DNA of 64,000 nucleotides from an uncultured Bacilli bacterium. Its GTDB lineage: Bacteria; Bacillota_I; Bacilli_A; RF39; UBA660. Position numbers and translations under genes: made by a program. Of the stretch, positions 58,276 to 64,000 are shown one piece after another (position 1 is the first letter of the stretch; the number at the start of each line of letters is the position of its first letter). The notes below the pieces were generated by a model that saw only the letters and a list, made by a program, of their open reading frames with translations, did no database searches and was not told where the DNA came from. Location: assembly GCA_934149515.1 (NCBI GenBank), contig CAKPFD010000006.1, forward strand, positions 3,760 to 67,759, written 5' to 3'.

Positions 58276-59791
58276 ATCCTACACTAGAAATCAATATGAT
58301 CGTTCCAAATAAAGTCGGTAACATAGAACTATAACTATTAGTTGAAGGTACAGCAACTTCAGGATAATTTTCTACAATCACTTCAGCAGTTGGTGATTCA
58401 TCACTAATTGTAAATTTATAAACTTCATCCGTTTTCTTATAACCATTTGGCGCACTAACTTCTTCGACAGTATAAGTACCATCTTCAAGTTGTGTCAACG
58501 TATATTGTTCTTCTGTAGTTGTAAACTCAGCTACTGTTTCCCCTTTTTCATTCTTCACTACTAATTTAGCACCAGCCAATGCATGTCCAGTTGACTTGTC
58601 TATTTTAATAATATTAACTAATTTATCAATCGCTTCATTTTCTACTTTAACAGTAACATCACGATTTTTATCATTGATAGTAATTTTTGTACTTTCAGTT
58701 TTAATCTTATAACCATTTGGAGCTTTTGTTTCTTTTAATGTATATGTTCCATTTGGTAAGTTTTTAATAACATGAGCATTTGTAGTAGATACCCAATTCG
58801 TAATTTCTTTTCCTTCACTATCTAATAATACAAAGTTAGCTCCAGCAAGTGTTGTTCCAGTTTTAGAATCAACTTTTGCTATTGTTACTTTACTAGTAGA
58901 TATTGAAACTTCTGTTGTAGCAGTTAATGATGTTGTCGTTGGATATAAAAGACCTTGATATACATTTTGATATTCACTACTAGCAGCTTTATACTCATAA
59001 GCCTTTTCTACTACACCGTTTGCTGTAACTGTAATTTTAATTGTTGTCTTCATTTGATCTACATTAGAAGCTGGAACACGTAATTTAAAAGATTCATTTG
59101 TAGCAAATGATGTTTTTACAGCACCACTTGAAGCATCTGTTACAATAGTTCCTTCTGGTGCTCCGCTAATGCTAACAGTATAATTACCACTAACATTAGT
59201 ACCATTTACACTAATTGTTTTAGATTCATAATATTTTTTATCAGATGTTAATTGCATAGTACTATCTGAATTATTAATTGATAATGTTGGTGTTGCATAA
59301 GAAGTTACTTTCTTTGCATTTGTTACTAAATTAATAATATGCGGACGTAATCCATAAGGATCAGCACCAGTTTGCTTAAAAGCAGCATTTAAGTTTTTAG
59401 ATCCTGTTGTTTCATCCAAATACCACCAAATAGCAGCACGTGTAATATAAGAATCATAATCATCATTACCAGTAATTTTCTTATTAGGAAAACCATTAGC
59501 AAAGATATAAGTAATTCCTGGAGATGCTTCTCCAACTAATGTCATTGTTTGACCAACTGGATCTTTTTTAAAGATATCATTACAGAACGCATATCCACCG
59601 TTACTTGTCGTAAATTGTGATGGTGCAATATCTGTAATATAGTTTGGTAATTTTGTCATTTTAGAAATAACAAAAGAACTAGGAGCTGATCCTTGTGCCT
59701 GTGTTGATGGCATAAAGACAGCTGAACAAATGATAGTAAGGATAATAGCTAAAGCTATCATACCATTTTTTTTCTTTGTGAATCTCTTCAT
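58244..59791 (-). CDS. sortase-anchored surface adhesin (thioester-like domain + two SpaA/CnaB-type domains)
   Basis: Likely start MKRFTKKK at 59791. Signal peptide; GGYAFCND ... ITRAAIWWY; two repeats of (V/I).K.D..TG..LAGA.F.L/V...G...; C-terminal VPSTN + TM + NGKKEQ. Confidence 0.8.
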   Translation of the reverse strand: MKRFTKKKNGMIALAIILTIICSAVFMPSTQAQGSAPSSFVISKMTKLPNYITDIAPSQFTTSNGGYAFCNDIFKKDPVGQTMTLVGEASPGITYIFANGFPNKKITGNDDYDSYITRAAIWWYLDETTGSKNLNAAFKQTGADPYGLRPHIINLVTNAKKVTSYATPTLSINNSDSTMQLTSDKKYYESKTISVNGTNVSGNYTVSISGAPEGTIVTDASSGAVKTSFATNESFKLRVPASNVDQMKTTIKITVTANGVVEKAYEYKAASSEYQNVYQGLLYPTTTSLTATTEVSISTSKVTIAKVDSKTGTTLAGANFVLLDSEGKEITNWVSTTNAHVIKNLPNGTYTLKETKAPNGYKIKTESTKITINDKNRDVTVKVENEAIDKLVNIIKIDKSTGHALAGAKLVVKNEKGETVAEFTTTEEQYTLTQLEDGTYTVEEVSAPNGYKKTDEVYKFTISDESPTAEVIVENYPEVAVPSTNSYSSMLPTLFGTIILISSVGFVYYNGKKEQ

Positions 59792-59890
59792 TTTTTTATT
59801 CCCCCCAAATCTCAATTTGTGTCCATATTATACCACATTAATTTCTATTTGGCAAGGACTTTCACAAAAAATCATCAAATAAGAGCCCAC

Positions 59891-59919
59891 TTTACAAATG
59901 AGTACACATGTAGTATAAT
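59891..59919 (+). promoter_or_regulatory. sigma-A-type promoter for rnj
   Basis: TTTACA (59891-59896), 17 nt, then TATAAT (59914-59919). Confidence 0.5.
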
Positions 59920-59972
59920 GTAGTACGGTTAGTTCTTTCACATTATTAACTAAAAAGGAAGGAGAAAAATAA

Positions 59973-61649
59973 ATGAATCATAAGTCAAATGAAACAAAAA
60001 TAATTGTTTTAGGCGGCTTAGGTGAAGTAGGAAAAAATATGTATTGCATCATGCACGAAAATGAAATTATCGTCATCGATGCTGGAGTATCCTTTGCTGA
60101 AGGAGAATTATTAGGAATTGATTACGTTTTACCTGATTATTCATTTTTAAAATTAAACGAATCTAAAATTAAAGCGTTATTTATTACGCATGGACACGAA
60201 GATCATATTGGTGCTATACCATTTTTATTACAAAGTGTCAACATTCCAGCAATCTATGCTCCAAAACAAGCTAAAGAATTAATTTCTTTAAAATTACAAG
60301 ATAGAAATATACGTTATGACAATTTATATGCCTACGATGAAAATACAATTGTGACATTTAAAAATATAAAAGTGGAATTCATAAGAACCACTCATTCCAT
60401 TCCAGATTCACATGGTATTTGTTTTACAACACCAAATGGAAAAATTGTAACAACCGGAGACTTTAAATTTGATCTAACACCTATTGGACCTATGGCCGAT
60501 CTATATAAATTAGCAACATTAGGACACGAAGGTGTCGATTTACTAATTAGTGATAGCACTAATGCTTTAAATGAAGGAATGTCTATCAGCGAATCAAGAG
60601 TAGATGATACTCTAGCTGAAATTTTCGATACTTATAAATACAATAGAATTATTATTGCTACATTTGCTTCTAATATCTATCGCTTAAAACACATTTTTGA
60701 ATCATGTTATAAACATAATCGAAAAATTTGTGTATTTGGTAGAAGCATGGAAAATAATATTGATATTTCTATTCGTGGTGGTTATATTAATCACAAAGAA
60801 TTACTAGTAAGTGCTGAAGTTGCTAATACTTTAAAACCAGGAGAGGTAACAATTTTATGTACCGGCTCTCAAGGAGAACCTTTAGCGGCTTTATCAAGAA
60901 TTGCTGAAGGAACACACAAACAAATAAAATTAAGACCAGATGATATTGTGGTTTTCTCATCAAGTGCTATCCCAGGTAATGCATTAAGCATTTCTAAAAC
61001 CATTAATAAATTATATTTAAAAGGGGTAAAAGTATTTACAAACATGACAATTAATTCTCTTCACACCTCTGGTCATGCTAATCAAGAAGAATTAAAATTA
61101 ATGATAAGATTATTGAATCCAAAATATTTAATGCCATTCCATGGTGATTATCGAATGTTAAAACAACATGCCGAACTCGGAATAGATTGTGGTATACCAA
61201 AAGAAAATACATTTGTATTAAAAAATGGAGATAGTCTTATTCTTAAAAACCATGTAATCACCAAAGGGGAAAGTTATCCAAATAGTGATATTTATGTAGA
61301 TGGTAGTCGTATTGGTGAAGTTGGCAGTGCTGTTTTGAAAGATAGAAAAATAATGGCTGGCGATGGAATTTTAGTCGTAATTGCTAATATTGATGTAGAA
61401 CACAGAAAATTGCTAATCAAACCAAACATCACAACAAGAGGTTTCGTTCTAGTCAATGAAAATGAAGAATTATTAAAGAAAATTGAAGGATTAGCAACTA
61501 AAATTATCAATCAAAAATTGGCTGATAAAAATTGTAGTTTCAATGATATTAAAGGACAATTAATGATAGAACTAACACCTTATATCATGGAATTAACTGG
61601 TAGAAGACCACTTATTTTACCCGTCATATTAAACATAAAAAGAAACTAA
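59973..61649 (+). CDS. rnj: ribonuclease J
   Basis: Metallo-beta-lactamase HGHEDHIGA, beta-CASP and C-terminal domain; 558 aa. Confidence 0.95.
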   Translation: MNHKSNETKIIVLGGLGEVGKNMYCIMHENEIIVIDAGVSFAEGELLGIDYVLPDYSFLKLNESKIKALFITHGHEDHIGAIPFLLQSVNIPAIYAPKQAKELISLKLQDRNIRYDNLYAYDENTIVTFKNIKVEFIRTTHSIPDSHGICFTTPNGKIVTTGDFKFDLTPIGPMADLYKLATLGHEGVDLLISDSTNALNEGMSISESRVDDTLAEIFDTYKYNRIIIATFASNIYRLKHIFESCYKHNRKICVFGRSMENNIDISIRGGYINHKELLVSAEVANTLKPGEVTILCTGSQGEPLAALSRIAEGTHKQIKLRPDDIVVFSSSAIPGNALSISKTINKLYLKGVKVFTNMTINSLHTSGHANQEELKLMIRLLNPKYLMPFHGDYRMLKQHAELGIDCGIPKENTFVLKNGDSLILKNHVITKGESYPNSDIYVDGSRIGEVGSAVLKDRKIMAGDGILVVIANIDVEHRKLLIKPNITTRGFVLVNENEELLKKIEGLATKIINQKLADKNCSFNDIKGQLMIELTPYIMELTGRRPLILPVILNIKRN

Positions 61650-61664
61650 ATCAATAGCTTCTTT

Positions 61665-63230
61665 TTATTTTGCTTCTTCTTGTGCCCTAACCTCGCGAAC
61701 AACTGTTATCTTAATTGTACCAGGATATTTTAAAGTTTCTTCTATTTTTTCTTTAATATCTCTAGCTATTTTATGAGCTTGTAAATCATCAATTTTTGTT
61801 GGCTCTACAATAACTCGTAACTCTCTACCAGCTTGCATCGCATATGCTTTATCAACACCATCAATATCATTAGCAACATTTTCCAACTGATCAAGTCTTT
61901 TAATATAATTTTCAAGAGAATCATTTCTAGCACCAGGTCTAGATGCAGAAAGAGCATCAGCTACGGCAACTAATGTAGAAATAACACTTGTTGCATCTAC
62001 ATCACCATGATGAGAAGCAATAGCATTCAAAACAATTTTACCTTCCCCATATTTTTTAGCAAGTTCTTCACCAATTGTTACATGACTACCTTCCAATTCA
62101 TGATCAACTGCCTTACCAATATCATGCAACAAACCAGCACGTTTCGCAAGAGCAACATTTTCATGAATTTCTCCAGCCATCAATCCAGCAAGTTGAGCAA
62201 CTTCTAAAGAATGTTGTAAAGCATTCTGCCCATAACTGGTTCTAAAATGCAATTTACCAACCAATTCAATTAACTCTGGAACCATTTTTGTAATACCAAG
62301 TTCAAATAAAGCCTCATTTCCATATTCCATAATTTGTTCTTTGGTCTCTTTACAGACCTTATCATATACTTCTTCAATACGTGTTGGATGAATACGACCA
62401 TCTTTAATTAATGTTTCCAAAGTGACTCTTGCCATCTCACGACGTAATGGATCAAAACTTGATAAAACAACCGCCTCTGGAGTATCATCAATAATTAAAT
62501 CAACACCAGTAACAGCTTCAATCGTTCGAATATTGCGCCCTTCACGTCCAATAATTCTTCCTTTCATTTCTTCATTTGGTAAACTAACAACAGTTACCGT
62601 CTGATCACTAGCAATATCAGCAGCATATTTCTGCATAGAACTAACGATGTATTCTTTTGCTTTTTTCTCAGATGTCAACTTAGCTTCCACTTCTTGCTCA
62701 CTAATATAAACAGCAATTTCTCTACTCATCGCATCTTTTACATGCTCCATGATCATCTTTTTAGCTTTTTCCCTATCAAATCCAGATATTTGTTCTAATA
62801 AGGATAACTGTTCTTTTTTTATTTCTTCTACCTTTTGTTGTTGTTCTTGAATTTCTTTTTGTCTTTGGGTTAATTTTTCTTCCCGGTCATCCAATGTTGC
62901 TTCTCTTTTTTGACAAATTTCATCACGTTTATCCAAACTACTTTCTCTTTGTAGTAAACGTGTTTCATTTTCTTTTAACTCACTTTTCTTTTCTTTTACT
63001 TCTTTATCAAACTCACTCTTAAGTTGATAATTTTTTTCTTTTGCTTCCATAATAGAATCGCGTTTTAATTTTTCAGCATTTTTTTGTGCATCATCTAACA
63101 TTTTCGCAATTTTTTTACTAGCAGCACTTTCTTTCAAAACACTAACAAGCATTGTTAACCCAAAACCAATGATTAATCCAACAAACAAAAGTAAAATGGC
63201 AAACATAATACGTTCCATTTCTACCTCCAT
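61665..63230 (-). CDS. rny: ribonuclease Y
   Basis: N-terminal TM, coiled coil, KH domain ([12 protein letters not shown]), HD domain (LLHDIGK). Confidence 0.96.
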   Translation of the reverse strand: MEVEMERIMFAILLLFVGLIIGFGLTMLVSVLKESAASKKIAKMLDDAQKNAEKLKRDSIMEAKEKNYQLKSEFDKEVKEKKSELKENETRLLQRESSLDKRDEICQKREATLDDREEKLTQRQKEIQEQQQKVEEIKKEQLSLLEQISGFDREKAKKMIMEHVKDAMSREIAVYISEQEVEAKLTSEKKAKEYIVSSMQKYAADIASDQTVTVVSLPNEEMKGRIIGREGRNIRTIEAVTGVDLIIDDTPEAVVLSSFDPLRREMARVTLETLIKDGRIHPTRIEEVYDKVCKETKEQIMEYGNEALFELGITKMVPELIELVGKLHFRTSYGQNALQHSLEVAQLAGLMAGEIHENVALAKRAGLLHDIGKAVDHELEGSHVTIGEELAKKYGEGKIVLNAIASHHGDVDATSVISTLVAVADALSASRPGARNDSLENYIKRLDQLENVANDIDGVDKAYAMQAGRELRVIVEPTKIDDLQAHKIARDIKEKIEETLKYPGTIKITVVREVRAQEEAK

Positions 63231-63325
63231 CTAGATATATATTCAAACTCTACTAGTTCAATCATAATCTAATTCTATTGTACGGTTGAAATGAAACATT
63301 GTCAAGTGACTTATAAATAGGAAAA

Positions 63326-64000
63326 TCACTTAGCTTCTGGAAGTGAAATTCCATAATATTCACGCACTTTTTGTTCGATTTCGTTACGCAAATCAACATT
63401 ATCACGTAATAATAATTTTACATTTTCTTTTCCTTGTCCTAGTTTTTCTCCATGATAAGAAAACCAAGCACCAGACTTATCAATAATATTTGCTTCACTT
63501 GCTAAATCAATCAATTCTCCTTCTTTAGAAACGCCTTCTCCATACATAATATCAACCACTGCTGTTTTAAAAGGAGGAGCAACTTTATTTTTAACAACTT
63601 TTATTGTCGTCTTATTCCCTAAAACTTTATCACCAACTTTAATTTGTTCATTACGCCTAATATCAAGTCGAATACTAGAGTAAAACTTCAAAGCTCTACC
63701 ACCAGGAGTTGTTTCAGGATTTCCAAACATGACACCAACTTTTTCACGTAATTGGTTAATAAAAATGGCAATGGTATTTGTTTTATTAATTGTACCAGAT
63801 AACTTACGAAGTGCTTGACTCATCAACCGAGCTTGTAAACCAACATGAGTATCTCCCATTTCTCCATCAATTTCAGCCTGCGGCACCAAAGCAGCAACAG
63901 AATCAATGACAACAATACTAACCGCTTCACTTCTGACTAGAGCTTCACAAATTTCAAGTGCTTGTTCACCAGTATCTGGTTGTGACAATAACAACTCATC
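63326..64000 (-). CDS. recA: recombinase RecA, C-terminal two-thirds (5' end beyond the window)
   Basis: ...[12 protein letters not shown]..., [25 protein letters not shown]. The frame is open to the window edge. Confidence 0.95.
   Translation of the reverse strand, partial: DELLLSQPDTGEQALEICEALVRSEAVSIVVIDSVAALVPQAEIDGEMGDTHVGLQARLMSQALRKLSGTINKTNTIAIFINQLREKVGVMFGNPETTPGGRALKFYSSIRLDIRRNEQIKVGDKVLGNKTTIKVVKNKVAPPFKTAVVDIMYGEGVSKEGELIDLASEANIIDKSGAWFSYHGEKLGQGKENVKLLLRDNVDLRNEIEQKVREYYGISLPEAK

Noticed and set aside
1-64000. CRISPR arrays, rRNA/tRNA genes, IS elements with terminal inverted repeats
   Set aside because: Scanning the intergenic gaps (all under 230 nt apart from the small-ORF regions) showed no repeat-spacer structure, no cloverleaf-sized GC-rich segments and no transposase ORFs. 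The only recombinase is the serine recombinase at 35508..37037.

Overview
AT-rich Bacillota chromosome segment, with GC judged by eye at about 30%. PolC, RNase J, RNase Y, LtaS, sortases and sufCDSUB support the phylum; the species cannot be named from the sequence. About 75 genes are present and nearly all lie on the minus strand. Core genes are polC, rluB-like, pdp, ssb-like, sufCDSUB, prsA, recX, rpoZ, ffh, fmt, ftsY-ylxM, an NMT1/THI5-type ABC importer, tsaE-tsaB-rimI-tsaD, rnj, rny and recA (partial). Accessory content is two sortase/adhesin loci, a secreted-protein cluster and several XRE and GntR regulators. No rRNA, tRNA or CRISPR array was seen. Main finding: a CotD-like spore-coat gene appears to be split into two in-frame halves (38155..38370 and 33415..33549). 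The 4.6-kb insert between them is flanked by a 5-bp direct repeat. It carries a large serine recombinase, an orphan Dam methylase, a B12-type radical SAM gene with an in-frame TAA, and a UDG-superfamily gene. This is the architecture of skin-like, sporulation-excised intervening elements, with an uncharacterised DNA-modification-looking cargo. Other points: thioester-domain-like adhesins that each lack one half of the Cys/Gln pair; non-LPXTG sorting signals with a conserved membrane partner; a HerA/FtsK-like ATPase translationally coupled to ylxM; two tiny YjcZ-like ORFs missed by the ORF track; and two simple-sequence oddities. All functional calls come from motif recognition by eye, and no database search was run.
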